A stretch of 64,000 bases of DNA, taken from NCBI GenBank assembly GCA_016215315.1, contig JACRKG010000045.1, positions 19,204 to 83,203 of the forward strand. Reading direction: 5' to 3'. The notes beneath the pieces are model-generated. The model searched no databases and was not told the DNA's origin. It was given only the letters and a program-made list of their open reading frames with translations. Made by a program: the position numbers and the translations under genes. This DNA comes from Candidatus Woesearchaeota archaeon (GTDB taxonomy: Archaea > Nanobdellota > Nanobdellia > Woesearchaeales > ARS49). Numbering within the stretch: position 1 is the stretch's first letter; the number at the start of each line of letters is the position of its first letter. Of the stretch, positions 28,794 through 38,741 are shown in pieces.

Positions 28794-29675
28794 CTAAAAT
28801 CTTTTGCGTTTTGGAGCACATCTTGATTCTAAAATTCTGCGAACTTCAGCATGTTTTTGATCATTCCAATCATGACTTTTCAAACAATCTTGTATGAATT
28901 TGTCTTCTCGTTCATATTTCTCTTTCGCCTCTCTGATTTTTTCTGCTAAATAGTTATCATTTTTGATTTGTTCTGCTGTAAAATCAAAATATAAATGCGC
29001 TGTTCCTTGTCCTTCCTCTTTAGTATATTCTAAATCTAGTGCAAATTGTTCGTAAATTCTTAATACTTTTATTTCATGCCAAGTTGAGTCAGGAGCTAAA
29101 CTTTTAAGTTTGTCTTCTAATTCTTCTTCAGGCAAGTGTAATTCAACAACAGGTTCATCACTTCTTTGTATTGTTGCAAAGATTGTTGGTTCTCCACTCT
29201 GTGCATGGATTTCACAGAACGGATAAAAGTCTTCTTGATTAAATGAACAAAAATGACTTAAAACATATCTTCCAGGCATAACATCAACAACTGATATCCC
29301 TCTTCCAACATTTCCTCCTCTTGCTAAAAACAAATCTTGATCTGCAGCACAATAAGTGTATGCATCAGTTACTACTCCTCCCACTATTTGTCCTTGTATT
29401 GTTGGTATTCTGTTATAATCTTTATCACGAGGATCGTTTCCTATTATGAGTGAATCTCCTTGTCGGTAAATGCCAGGACATGAATTTCCTACGAATCCTC
29501 TTAATAATCCTTGTTTTGCGTATTCTTTTATTAGTTCTTTTTCTTCTGCACTTGTATCGCACCATTTTCTTTTTGGAGTTGGCTCATCAAAAAGATCTGT
29601 GAATGAATTGCCAAAAACAAGTTTTCCCGAAGGAACTTCAATTGCAACTTGTACTGCATGCTGATTTGGTTTCAT
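28794..29675 (-). CDS. Hypothetical protein (293 aa), translationally coupled to DAHP synthase gene
   Basis: 4-nt overlap (ATGA) with upstream gene. Confidence 0.5.
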   Translation of the reverse strand: MKPNQHAVQVAIEVPSGKLVFGNSFTDLFDEPTPKRKWCDTSAEEKELIKEYAKQGLLRGFVGNSCPGIYRQGDSLIIGNDPRDKDYNRIPTIQGQIVGGVVTDAYTYCAADQDLFLARGGNVGRGISVVDVMPGRYVLSHFCSFNQEDFYPFCEIHAQSGEPTIFATIQRSDEPVVELHLPEEELEDKLKSLAPDSTWHEIKVLRIYEQFALDLEYTKEEGQGTAHLYFDFTAEQIKNDNYLAEKIREAKEKYEREDKFIQDCLKSHDWNDQKHAEVRRILESRCAPKRKRF

Positions 29676-30694
29676 TTTATTCTCCTAACTTCTTTCTCGA
29701 TATTTCTAGCAAACTGTACTAGCTCTCCTAAATCTTTTGGCAGGATCATTTGTGCTCCATCGCATAGTGCTTCTGAAGGACAGTAATGTGTTTCTATAAT
29801 TAATCCGTCAACTCCTCCAGCTATTGCCATTCTTGCAAGGCTTGGAACGTAATCTCTTCTTCCTGCTGCATGGCTTGGATCAAAAATTATTGGTAAATGA
29901 CTTTTTCTTTTCAAATCAGGAATTGCGTACAAATCTGCAGTGTATCTTTGCGATCTATCAAAAGTTGTTATTCCTCTCAAACAAAGCAATACATTTTTGT
30001 TTCCTCCGTCAATTATTCTGTCTGCTGCGCCTAAAAAAACATCTATATCGGCATCAGTTCCTCTCTTTAACAAAACTGGCTTGCTTGCTTTTCCTAATTC
30101 ATCAAGTAAATCATAATTTTGCATATTTCTAGCACCAACTTGGAAAATATCTGTGTATCTGCCTATTAATTCTACTTCGCGAGAACTCATGACTTCTGTT
30201 ATTATTGGCAATCCCGTTTCTCTTTTTGCTTTTGCCAAGTATACTAATCCTTCTTCTTTTAATCCTTCAAAGTGTCCCGGATAAGTTCTTGGCTTCCAAG
30301 CTCCTCCTCTTAAAATAACTGCTCCTTGATCTTTAACTTCTTTAGCAATTCTCATTATTTGTTCTTCGCTTTCAACAGCGCAAGGACCTGCCATGAAAAC
30401 GGTTGGATGGCCTTCTCCAATTTTAACTCCGCCAACTTCTACTACTGTGCTTACTTGGTGATATTGTCTGCCGGATAATTTGAATTTTGAACTAACTCTT
30501 TGAACGTCTTCAACTCCGGGCAACTTAGAAAATTCTTGAGTGCTTAATTTAGTGCAATCTCCTCTAACTCCTAGCCAAATGCTGATTCCTTCAAGTCTGC
30601 TTAATTTATCTACCTTTAAGCCATGCTTTTCTACTTCTTGAATCAATCTGGCATAGTTTTCATCGTTTATTCCTTCTTCACATTTAATTAACAT
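29672..30694 (-). CDS. aroA: 3-deoxy-7-phosphoheptulonate (DAHP) synthase, class I-beta with N-terminal regulatory domain
   Basis: ILRGGAWKPRTYPGHFEGL, IIFDPSHAAGRRD motifs. Confidence 0.75.
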   Translation of the reverse strand: MLIKCEEGINDENYARLIQEVEKHGLKVDKLSRLEGISIWLGVRGDCTKLSTQEFSKLPGVEDVQRVSSKFKLSGRQYHQVSTVVEVGGVKIGEGHPTVFMAGPCAVESEEQIMRIAKEVKDQGAVILRGGAWKPRTYPGHFEGLKEEGLVYLAKAKRETGLPIITEVMSSREVELIGRYTDIFQVGARNMQNYDLLDELGKASKPVLLKRGTDADIDVFLGAADRIIDGGNKNVLLCLRGITTFDRSQRYTADLYAIPDLKRKSHLPIIFDPSHAAGRRDYVPSLARMAIAGGVDGLIIETHYCPSEALCDGAQMILPKDLGELVQFARNIEKEVRRIK

Positions 30695-30697
30695 TAT

Positions 30698-31000
30698 TTA
30701 CCACCTAAATTTTGTTTGAAATGTTTTTTTGCTAACAACTCCTAACGAATATAGGCCATCGCTTGCTAGTTCATAATTTGCTTTTTCAAAATTTGCAAAA
30801 AAAGGGGCGTTTTCTTTGACTGTTTCTTTGCCTGAAGCAAATAAATTTTGTTCATTCCATTTTACTGCTGGTGAGTTAACTAAGTTCTTTACCGCTCCCC
30901 AATCTCTTGCTGCAAAATAATGTGTTGCATCATTTGTTTCGACTTTGAAATATAGCACTGTTGTTTGTGGGTCCATTTCCATTTTCATCATCATTCTCAT
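30698..31000 (-). CDS. Hypothetical small protein
   Basis: ORF. Confidence 0.4.
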   Translation of the reverse strand: MRMMMKMEMDPQTTVLYFKVETNDATHYFAARDWGAVKNLVNSPAVKWNEQNLFASGKETVKENAPFFANFEKANYELASDGLYSLGVVSKKTFQTKFRW

Positions 31001-31001
31001 T

Positions 31002-31337
31002 TTAAACCTCTTGTGAAAGTTCTGTTACTCTTTGATCTATTTTTTTTATTAATTCTTCTGGGCTGATTTTTGCTCCGTAATGTATGCAAAAAAGTTCTCT
31101 GTCTTCCCAATCAACATCTTCAATTCCGCCGATTTCATTTAAGCAATCGCCGAGTTCTTCTGCAACTTCTTCTGAAGCAAAATCTGCTAAATATCCATCT
31201 CGGAAAGTGATATACATCATTCTATGTTCTAAATCGTCTTGGTCGGCCCAAGCAGAGTTTACAAAATCAAAACCGTCTGCTGCAGCCACCCCTTCTGGAC
31301 TTACAAAATAATGTTTTCCATCTTCATCGAATTTCAT
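31002..31337 (-). CDS. Hypothetical small acidic protein
   Basis: ORF. Confidence 0.4.
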   Translation of the reverse strand: MKFDEDGKHYFVSPEGVAAADGFDFVNSAWADQDDLEHRMMYITFRDGYLADFASEEVAEELGDCLNEIGGIEDVDWEDRELFCIHYGAKISPEELIKKIDQRVTELSQEV

Positions 31338-31437
31338 GATATACCTCCCAAAATACCTGAGAATAAGCTAGCCTCTTTATAAACTTTTCCATTGTAACCA
31401 CTGTTGAGAGGTGAAATTTAGAAAGGTTTAAAAACCA

Positions 31438-33021
31438 GTGAAATTTCTAGGTCTGATGGAAAAAGAATTTTTCGTTAAAACAATAAGTTCATTAGAACAA
31501 GCATTGCAAGATAATCCCAATACTTTATTCTTAAGACCTAGAAAATCTCTACAAAAAACCGGAGGAATGACTTTACAACTACAAGAAGCAGAGTGGAAAC
31601 CAGATAATTTAAGAAAAACAGTTAGAGATATGATTGCTGATTACGTGAATTATTCTGATGATCCTCAACACAGAACTGCGCACTTAAAAAATACAAATCA
31701 ACCCGGAACAATGTTGCTTGATGGCCTAAAAAGTCGTCTTGAAGATTTTTTCTTCTTAGAATGCATGCTTGTAGATAAAAACAATTTGATTTATCATTTT
31801 AAAGATCCTTTAGATGTTCAAGCAATAGAAACTTTAGCAAACAATTCTTTACTTGGCAGAGTAAACGTAGAGCACAAAAAAACCAGGAGTGGAAGGGATG
31901 TTTCAGAATTATTCATTGATGGTGTTTTAGTTCTGTCAATAGATCTTTACAATGTAAAAATGAATTACGCAAACTTAGTTAATCAAGATAAATTTTCATT
32001 AGGCTTTCAAGCATCAACAGAATTAGTAACAAGAATACACCAAGACAGATTGCTTGATGGAAACAGAAGAAAGATTTATTTATCAAATTACCAACCAGTA
32101 TTCAAATTAGTTTCTCCGGAAGCATTTGAAGACAAAATAAGCCAAGCATTAAAAGAAATAAGACAATTATCTTTGAGTGGAGATCTTCCTAAACATCCCG
32201 ATTTTGTAGAAACTCGGATGTCAAAAAGAGTAAGCTCAAATAAAGTGTACAGACCCAATGCGGGGAAGATAGTTGATCATTTAGAATATTTGGCAATCTG
32301 TCCTGACAAAAAAGAAATGTATGTAAAATTCGGATGCAATTTTGATTATGATGCAATAAAAGACATGCTTAAAAGAGAAGGATTCAGATTAGACGATGCA
32401 AAAGAAATAAGTGCATTCAAATCAATAACAATAAAAAAAGGCGGCGGCTCACGAAAAAGAACTTGGAGCAGCACAAAAACAAAAAGAGATATATTGGATG
32501 AAGAAGGAAATTTATTGCTTTCATTATCTGATAAAGATTCCTTAAAAATCTCATTCGATGGATCGGAAGAATCATTCAACAAAGCAGCAAAAATTTTCGG
32601 CAACATTTACTATGAAAGATTATTCTATACTGGCTGGGTCAATACTTCAGAACTAAAGTCAGATCTTACTAAAGAAGAAAGAATAGTTATTAGCTCGTTA
32701 GAACCATTAGTACAATTTTACACTCTATTTTTAGAAGTGGAAGAAGCGCAAACAGCTATGGCTCAAGGGAAAAAATTCTTATTCGGTCCTCAAGGATGGG
32801 TGAATCACAGATTAATAGAAGCAGGAAACGTAAGTTTTGAAGAAAGAGTGTTACACGTACTAAACTATATGGATAGCAAAGTTGATCCTGACACATTTTA
32901 CAAACACGGAAAAGAACAAAGCACTCAAGAAAGATTAAGAACTTATTACTCTGCATTGCAAAACTTAAAAGGAAGATTTGAAGCTTTGACAATCGCAAGA
33001 AAAGCAGGTCAATTAAAATGA
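31438..33021 (+). CDS. Hypothetical protein (527 aa)
   Basis: ORF; 4-nt overlap with exonuclease gene. Confidence 0.5.
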   Translation: MKFLGLMEKEFFVKTISSLEQALQDNPNTLFLRPRKSLQKTGGMTLQLQEAEWKPDNLRKTVRDMIADYVNYSDDPQHRTAHLKNTNQPGTMLLDGLKSRLEDFFFLECMLVDKNNLIYHFKDPLDVQAIETLANNSLLGRVNVEHKKTRSGRDVSELFIDGVLVLSIDLYNVKMNYANLVNQDKFSLGFQASTELVTRIHQDRLLDGNRRKIYLSNYQPVFKLVSPEAFEDKISQALKEIRQLSLSGDLPKHPDFVETRMSKRVSSNKVYRPNAGKIVDHLEYLAICPDKKEMYVKFGCNFDYDAIKDMLKREGFRLDDAKEISAFKSITIKKGGGSRKRTWSSTKTKRDILDEEGNLLLSLSDKDSLKISFDGSEESFNKAAKIFGNIYYERLFYTGWVNTSELKSDLTKEERIVISSLEPLVQFYTLFLEVEEAQTAMAQGKKFLFGPQGWVNHRLIEAGNVSFEERVLHVLNYMDSKVDPDTFYKHGKEQSTQERLRTYYSALQNLKGRFEALTIARKAGQLK

Positions 33022-33632
33022 AAAAATACATCTCTGTTGATGTAGAAGCTTCAGGAACAATTCCCGGAAAATATTCTATGTTATCTGTGGGTGCATGCTT
33101 AGTTGACGATCCTAGCAAACAATTCTATGCCGAACTTAAACCAATCAGTTTTGAATTTGATCCAGAAGCAATGAAAATAGGAAGCTTAGGATTGAAATGC
33201 TTAGAAGAGTACAGACGAGCAATTCCTGCACAAAAAGACAAATTAGATCCTAAGCATGAAAAATTTGATCCCAGATTAGTTCTTAATGTTTTAGAAAAAG
33301 AAGGACTGTTTCCAATTCACGCAATGCAAAACTTTGAAGAATGGATTAAAGAAAACACTACAAAAAAAAGCAAACCTATAATTGCTGCAGCACCAATACT
33401 ATTTGACGGAATGTATATTTCTTGGTATTTCAACACATTCTTAGGACATAATCCTTTCGGTTTCAGCGGAGAAGACATAAATTCAGTGTACAGAGGATTC
33501 AGAAAAAACGTGCACGCAAGCATTAAAGACTTAAAAATGAGACAAGGTGAACTACCTCATAATGCTTTAGAGGATGCAATACAGCAAGCCAAAGAATTTA
33601 AATACTTCTTAGATCAAATAAGACAAAAATAG
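33018..33632 (+). CDS. DEDDh-type 3'-5' exonuclease (DnaQ/oligoribonuclease-like)
   Basis: SVDVEASG (D-x-E), HNALEDA (H...D). Confidence 0.6.
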   Translation: MKKYISVDVEASGTIPGKYSMLSVGACLVDDPSKQFYAELKPISFEFDPEAMKIGSLGLKCLEEYRRAIPAQKDKLDPKHEKFDPRLVLNVLEKEGLFPIHAMQNFEEWIKENTTKKSKPIIAAAPILFDGMYISWYFNTFLGHNPFGFSGEDINSVYRGFRKNVHASIKDLKMRQGELPHNALEDAIQQAKEFKYFLDQIRQK

Positions 33633-33710
33633 ATCAAAACGAGGTGAAGATAAATAGTAGATTATTTAGGAATTGTATTAGCAACATTAGCAAGTTATGC
33701 GTTAGGAGCA

Positions 33711-34049
33711 TTGTGGCATTCTCCATTAATGTTTGGTAATGCTTGGGCAAGATTATCTGGAATGGATAAAAAAATAAAAAAAGTAAGCAAGAGTAGTATG
33801 AATTTAGCTTACGGCGGAACTTTGGTAACAACCTTATTGACTGCTTTTGTGCTCTCTTTGTTTTTAGAAAAAATAACCTTGTTCGGTGAAGGTCTTTTCC
33901 TTGCATTCGCAATTTGGTTTGGTTTTTATGCAACTTCTCAATTAGGAATGGTTTTATGGGAACAAAAATCCTTCAAACTGTTTTTAATAAACAGCGGGCA
34001 TAGCTTAGTTGCGTTATTAGTTATGGCTGCAGTAATAATTGCAGTATAA
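33711..34049 (+). CDS. Small membrane protein
   Basis: 3 hydrophobic helices. Confidence 0.4.
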   Translation: MWHSPLMFGNAWARLSGMDKKIKKVSKSSMNLAYGGTLVTTLLTAFVLSLFLEKITLFGEGLFLAFAIWFGFYATSQLGMVLWEQKSFKLFLINSGHSLVALLVMAAVIIAV

Positions 34050-34118
34050 ACTATAAACTCCAAACTATAAACCAAGAACATAAATTTATTTAAACTCTTA
34101 TTTTAGAAGTAATTCTAA

Positions 34119-34862
34119 ATGAATGTGAAAGGGGGAGTTTACAGCACTGGAAGATTGTTAACTAACACAATAGATCCGGGCTTACTAGTTGGTTCAGGCA
34201 TGTTTTTCTCTGACACTTTAAAAATTCTTTCCCATGCTAATACTTCAAGTGATTTTATCGCTGCAGGTGTAACTGGATTTGCAGCATACTATCTTGCAAG
34301 TAGAGGTTTATTGTATTTTAAAGGAAGATTGGGTGTTTATTGCACAAAAAAAACAACAGAAGATGAAAAAGAATTTCCTTTTGAACATTCAGAAAAAATA
34401 GTTTTTGATGATGTTGAGGGATTAGAAATGCTTTTAGAAAATACGAGAAGTGATCACAAAATTGAATGGGGAACATTTTTTAATGCTCATGATGACAAAA
34501 CAAATGCAGTAATTAGTAACATTCTATCTCAGGAAGAAGTAAATCAAAGCGGGCTAATACTAGGTCAAGGTTTTGGGTACATAATGTATGATATTGCCGA
34601 AGCCAGAAAAAAATATCAAGGATTCCAACATTTTCATCCAACAGTTTTCACGAAAAAACTAGGATACCTCAATTATGCAATATCAAATGTTGACAGATTC
34701 GCACCACAAAACTGGCTAAACTTTATAACATTTAACCTACCAAACGGCCCAGAAATAATTGGATTTAATTCGAGATACAATTACATTCCTAAAGATAAAA
34801 CAAAAAGAGAATTAGTGAAGGCTACGCCAAGAGATGTTAAGAAATATCTTAAAGCATTCTAA
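34119..34862 (+). CDS. Hypothetical protein (247 aa)
   Basis: ORF. Confidence 0.45.
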   Translation: MNVKGGVYSTGRLLTNTIDPGLLVGSGMFFSDTLKILSHANTSSDFIAAGVTGFAAYYLASRGLLYFKGRLGVYCTKKTTEDEKEFPFEHSEKIVFDDVEGLEMLLENTRSDHKIEWGTFFNAHDDKTNAVISNILSQEEVNQSGLILGQGFGYIMYDIAEARKKYQGFQHFHPTVFTKKLGYLNYAISNVDRFAPQNWLNFITFNLPNGPEIIGFNSRYNYIPKDKTKRELVKATPRDVKKYLKAF

Positions 34863-34971
34863 AAACAAAAAGACTTAAATATCTCATTTCTAATAAAAAT
34901 CAAAAAAAAGCAGCGAAAATTCGTTTTTGAATTTTCTGGTCTTTTTTTGAGAATCAAAAAAAGGTGATAAC

Positions 34972-35532
34972 TTGAACGGCAATAATGGCGATAAAAAAAA
35001 TTTAAAAGATGTAATTCTGGGAGGCCAAGATGGTTTGGTTAATGTTTTAGGAATAATTCTGGGAGTTGCTGTTGCAACAAATAATTATATCATTGTTCTA
35101 ATTGCAGGCTTAAGCGCTACTTTTGCAGAATCAATAAGCATGGGCGCAGTAGCGTATACTTCTTCAAAAGCAGAAATAGACTATTTTCATAGTATCAATA
35201 AACAAAAATTCTTGAAAGAACACAGAACTCCTTTGAATAGTGGATTTATTGTTTTCGTTAGCGCAATGATTGGAAGTATTATTCCTTTAATCCCTTTTGC
35301 ACTGATTCATACTGGCATTAAAATGAGTGTAAACTATGCTTCAATCGTTGCAGTAATAATTTCTCTAATAACTTTGTTCATTACTGGAGCGCTAAAAGCA
35401 AGATGGAGTATTGGCAGTTGGAAAAGAGAAGGTTTAGAAATGGCACTAATAGGCCTAGGAGCAGTAATCGCAGGATACGCAGTGGGAATAATTCTAGAAT
35501 ACTATTTTGGAGTGCAAGTGCCTAAAGCGTAG
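34972..35532 (+). CDS. VIT1/CCC1-family (DUF125) iron/manganese transporter homologue
   Basis: ILGGQDGLVNVLGIILGVA motif. Confidence 0.7.
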   Translation: MNGNNGDKKNLKDVILGGQDGLVNVLGIILGVAVATNNYIIVLIAGLSATFAESISMGAVAYTSSKAEIDYFHSINKQKFLKEHRTPLNSGFIVFVSAMIGSIIPLIPFALIHTGIKMSVNYASIVAVIISLITLFITGALKARWSIGSWKREGLEMALIGLGAVIAGYAVGIILEYYFGVQVPKA

Positions 35533-35576
35533 TTGTGCATACAAGGAATTCTAAAAATCAAAAACCAAGTTTACTT

Positions 35577-35939
35577 TCAAACTTTCTCGTAATTCTTCGT
35601 TCTAGAAGTATCATTATGTAATGAATGATGTATTTGATTTTCTAATGCTTCAAAACCTGCGCGTATTGCTTGTGCTAAATCCCAGCCGTGAGATTTTTTA
35701 TCACTTTCATAAATTTTCCCAGGAGCAGTACACTTAATATGTACGGTGTATTTTTTTCTCTTTTCTGGATTGTCTTTTTCTCCAGACTTATAACACTTAA
35801 CGTGAACTACTAAAGAAAGCATTTTATCTAAACATCGTTTTATTTTCTCAAAGTACTCTGTTGACAATTTACTAACTAATTCTTGTTCTTCTTCAGTTAA
35901 ATCCTTAACGCCAACGAACTGTATTACCTCTTCTTTCAT
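35577..35939 (-). CDS. Ribosome hibernation factor-like protein (RaiA/HPF/YfiA fold), tentative
   Basis: beta-alpha-beta-beta-beta-alpha pattern with VHVK...TVHIKCTAPGKIYESD...DLAQAIRAGFEALENQ resembling HPF. Confidence 0.4.
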   Translation of the reverse strand: MKEEVIQFVGVKDLTEEEQELVSKLSTEYFEKIKRCLDKMLSLVVHVKCYKSGEKDNPEKRKKYTVHIKCTAPGKIYESDKKSHGWDLAQAIRAGFEALENQIHHSLHNDTSRTKNYEKV

Positions 35940-36012
35940 GTTATTCCAAGTATAAAATTCAGGTTTTATAAACTTTACTAAAAACCTTTATAAATTATCA
36001 GAAAACCTTTTT

Positions 36013-36321
36013 TTGAGCATGGATAAAACAAGTTCTCAATCACAAAAACACCCAATTCCAGGAAGAAAGTATAGGGTTGTTTATGATAAAGCAGGCTGCA
36101 TAGGTGTAGGAGCATGCGAAGCGGCAGCACCATTATTCTGGAAATTACAAGAAGACGGCAAAGCAACTTTTGTCCCTAAAGAAGCAAAAAAGAGTGAAAC
36201 AGCAGAAGAACTAATCATTGACGGCAAAGATTTCAAGGTAAACTTAGAAGCAGCAGAAGTCTGTCCGGTACAAGTAATAAAGATTTTTGACGAAGAAACT
36301 GGAGAACAAATCTTCCCATAA
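36013..36321 (+). CDS. Single-cluster ferredoxin
   Basis: CIGVGAC...CP motif. Confidence 0.55.
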   Translation: MSMDKTSSQSQKHPIPGRKYRVVYDKAGCIGVGACEAAAPLFWKLQEDGKATFVPKEAKKSETAEELIIDGKDFKVNLEAAEVCPVQVIKIFDEETGEQIFP

Positions 36322-36386
36322 AAATTGCTGCGCAATTTTTGTCAATACTTTTTTAAATGCCTAATTCTGTGTTTTAATAAAAAAGA

Positions 36387-36884
36387 GTGATTATTATGAA
36401 ATACTTTATTCATCAGCCAGACCATTATTGGATTCTTTTTGTAGGAACAGAAAAAGAACAAATAATTAATACTGTGAAATACTATAGAGACCAAAGAGGA
36501 GTGTCCAACTTAAGCATTCCTGATGATTCTAAAATAAAAGAAATTTCTAAACTAGAAATAATGTGCACTTTTCCAATGCTAAAAGTTGATCAATTCATTG
36601 AAGCAGAAGTTAGAGAAAAAGTAAAACTTAATGTGAATGCTAACGCTTTTGATCATGTGAGATATATCGCTCAATTTTATGAAGATTTAAAACGAGGAGA
36701 TTTGTACAAATTCAATCCAGGAATGCCTAATATTGATGGAATGTATCTATTGCCTGAATACATAATGAAAGGAATAAATGAATACAATTGGGATCAACAT
36801 TCTAAACAAATCGATGCATGGCTTTCAGAAAGAGAAAGAATAATTAGAGTGATGGAAAAAGATAAAAGATTTTATAGACCTTAA
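36387..36884 (+). CDS. Hypothetical protein (165 aa)
   Basis: ORF. Confidence 0.45.
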   Translation: MIIMKYFIHQPDHYWILFVGTEKEQIINTVKYYRDQRGVSNLSIPDDSKIKEISKLEIMCTFPMLKVDQFIEAEVREKVKLNVNANAFDHVRYIAQFYEDLKRGDLYKFNPGMPNIDGMYLLPEYIMKGINEYNWDQHSKQIDAWLSERERIIRVMEKDKRFYRP

Positions 36885-36886
36885 AT

Positions 36887-37249
36887 TTAATTCTTAATCC
36901 CTTCAATCGGATTTGTATGCTTACCTTTTATTTTATCAACAGAATAACGCTTTTCATTCTTAACTAGCTTTTCTTCAATTATTTTTGAAAGATCGACATT
37001 CATTTTGTAACCTAGAATGATTAAGTAAATAAAAATATCAGCCAACTCTTCTTCGATCTTTTTCCTCTTTTCAGGATCAGCATGAACTTTCTCAACTTCA
37101 GCATTGCTTAACCATCTATAACACTCGCTTAATTCACCAACTTCGCTAACTAGAGCTAACAAAACATCTTTAGGATTATGATATTTATCCCAATCACGCT
37201 CTAGATTGAAATTCTTGATGCGCGTTTTTAATCTTTCAAAGTCAGTCAT
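36887..37249 (-). CDS. MazG-like nucleoside triphosphate pyrophosphohydrolase
   Basis: RDWDKYHNPKDVLLALVSEVGELSE...EEELADIFIYLIIL. Confidence 0.7.
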   Translation of the reverse strand: MTDFERLKTRIKNFNLERDWDKYHNPKDVLLALVSEVGELSECYRWLSNAEVEKVHADPEKRKKIEEELADIFIYLIILGYKMNVDLSKIIEEKLVKNEKRYSVDKIKGKHTNPIEGIKN

Positions 37250-37346
37250 GAAAAATACAAATAATTGATGGTTTATAAGTTTTGTTCAAGAAAAGATTTG
37301 TAGAAGAGAATGTGTTAATTCTCTTGATTCTAGTTTACAAAAAGTT

Positions 37347-37525
37347 CAGTTTACGATTTGAAGTTTGTGTGTGAGTAGAGTTTCTTAATGGGCATGGCGA
37401 CAGCATCATGAGTCTATAAAAAGGTTGAAGAGTTTTGAGAGTGCACTCAAATAACTTTTCGTTTATTATTTTTCAACGCGCTAGCGTTGACAAAGTGTTC
37501 CGACCGCCTAAAAGTATAATTAAAC
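37347..37525. repeat. Copy B (apparently intact) of repeated non-coding element
   Basis: Contains agtagagtttcttaat, gcgaca, ataaaaa, ttttgagagtgcac, hairpin caacgcgctagcgttg, tgttccgaccgcctaaaagtataattaaac. Confidence 0.6.
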
Positions 37526-37619
37526 TTTACAAGCACAAGAAGCGAGCGTGTCGGCTAGGGGAAAATTAAAATCCAGATTAAAATTGAGCAAAGTTATTAA
37601 CAAAATAAAAATAGTAATT

Positions 37620-37913
37620 TTACTCCTCATATTTCTTAACTAGCTTTTCCAATTGATCTAAACTTAAATCTTCTTTTGGAAATTTTTCTAAGCCTATTTT
37701 TTTCAAAGCGTAAGCTCTTTCTATAATATCTACTTTTTTGTCAAAATTAATATCTGCATAACCACCAGGACCAAAAACTTTTTCAGTTAATTCTAGATAT
37801 TTTTCTTCTTTTTGTTTTTTTTCTATTTCTTTCTGTTTGTAAAAACTATGCTGACTGAAAGGATTAAGAGTTTTAGTCTCGGGATAAGAAATTAATGTGT
37901 TGGTTATTATCAT
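37620..37913 (-). CDS. Hypothetical small protein
   Basis: ORF. Confidence 0.4.
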   Translation of the reverse strand: MIITNTLISYPETKTLNPFSQHSFYKQKEIEKKQKEEKYLELTEKVFGPGGYADINFDKKVDIIERAYALKKIGLEKFPKEDLSLDQLEKLVKKYEE

Positions 37914-38155
37914 TAGTGTGTAAGCTGATCCACCTATGGCATAAATGATGTGTGACTAACCATGAACAAATTCTCTTGTTGATGAAAAATGATAACTCGA
38001 AAAATTTTCTGAAAAGTACTTAAAACTTCCAACTGGCAAAAAACTCCACAAAGGACGACCAAATACAGGCATAAAATTTAGTAAGTTCTCTTGTTTAAAT
38101 ATTTTTATCCTAATCGACAATTATTTTTATAAAGCTTATTGTATTAACACTGCTA

Positions 38156-38740
38156 ATGGTATACATAATTCAAGGAAAAATAGCTTTTGAAAAACCTGCA
38201 TTTGATATGACTCTTGCTGACGGAAAAAGCACAATTGATCAAAAAGCAAAAGACTTAAGTGAACAAAATCAATTAGCTCAAAAAGTAATTTCTGAATCTT
38301 TAGAGAACCAATTCAAAAAATCAGGTCTTAGCACAGTTAATGCAACATTTAATCTCTCAGAGCAAAGAGGCTTAGAAATTGCTGAACAGAAATTATTTTT
38401 GCCTAAAGAAGGTTGGGAAGAATACTTAACACAAATGTACTGTTTACACAAAGAATATTCCGATCAAGGCTGGAAAGCAGCTCACGGAGAAATATTGCTT
38501 TACCAAGAAACAAGAATTCCTTCACCATGGATCTATTTGTATGCTAGCGGCAACTTAATAGAACAATTATATGTAGAAGACGGAAGAGTACATAGAAAAC
38601 AGAACAGAAATAAAAAAGAAAATGCCAAAATTGCTGGATTATTCTTTGATTTTGGTTCACATGACTTCAGAAATCCTAAAGGACTGAAAGTTTACGAACA
38701 AAGAAGCACTAAAACAGCAAGAGGATTCTCATTCAAATAA
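38156..38740 (+). CDS. Hypothetical protein, tandem paralog 1
   Basis: Shares LFLPKEGWEEYLTQMY / RIPSPWIYLYASG blocks with next gene. Confidence 0.5.
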   Translation: MVYIIQGKIAFEKPAFDMTLADGKSTIDQKAKDLSEQNQLAQKVISESLENQFKKSGLSTVNATFNLSEQRGLEIAEQKLFLPKEGWEEYLTQMYCLHKEYSDQGWKAAHGEILLYQETRIPSPWIYLYASGNLIEQLYVEDGRVHRKQNRNKKENAKIAGLFFDFGSHDFRNPKGLKVYEQRSTKTARGFSFK

Positions 38741-38741
38741 A

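Noticed and set aside
37250-37619. Possibility that the 370-nt gene-free region encodes SRP RNA or RNase P RNA
   Set aside because: None of the universally conserved motifs (SRP helix-8 GNAR/AGG..GGAA, RNase P CR-I AGGAAAGUCC) are present; better explained as a copy of the repeated element.
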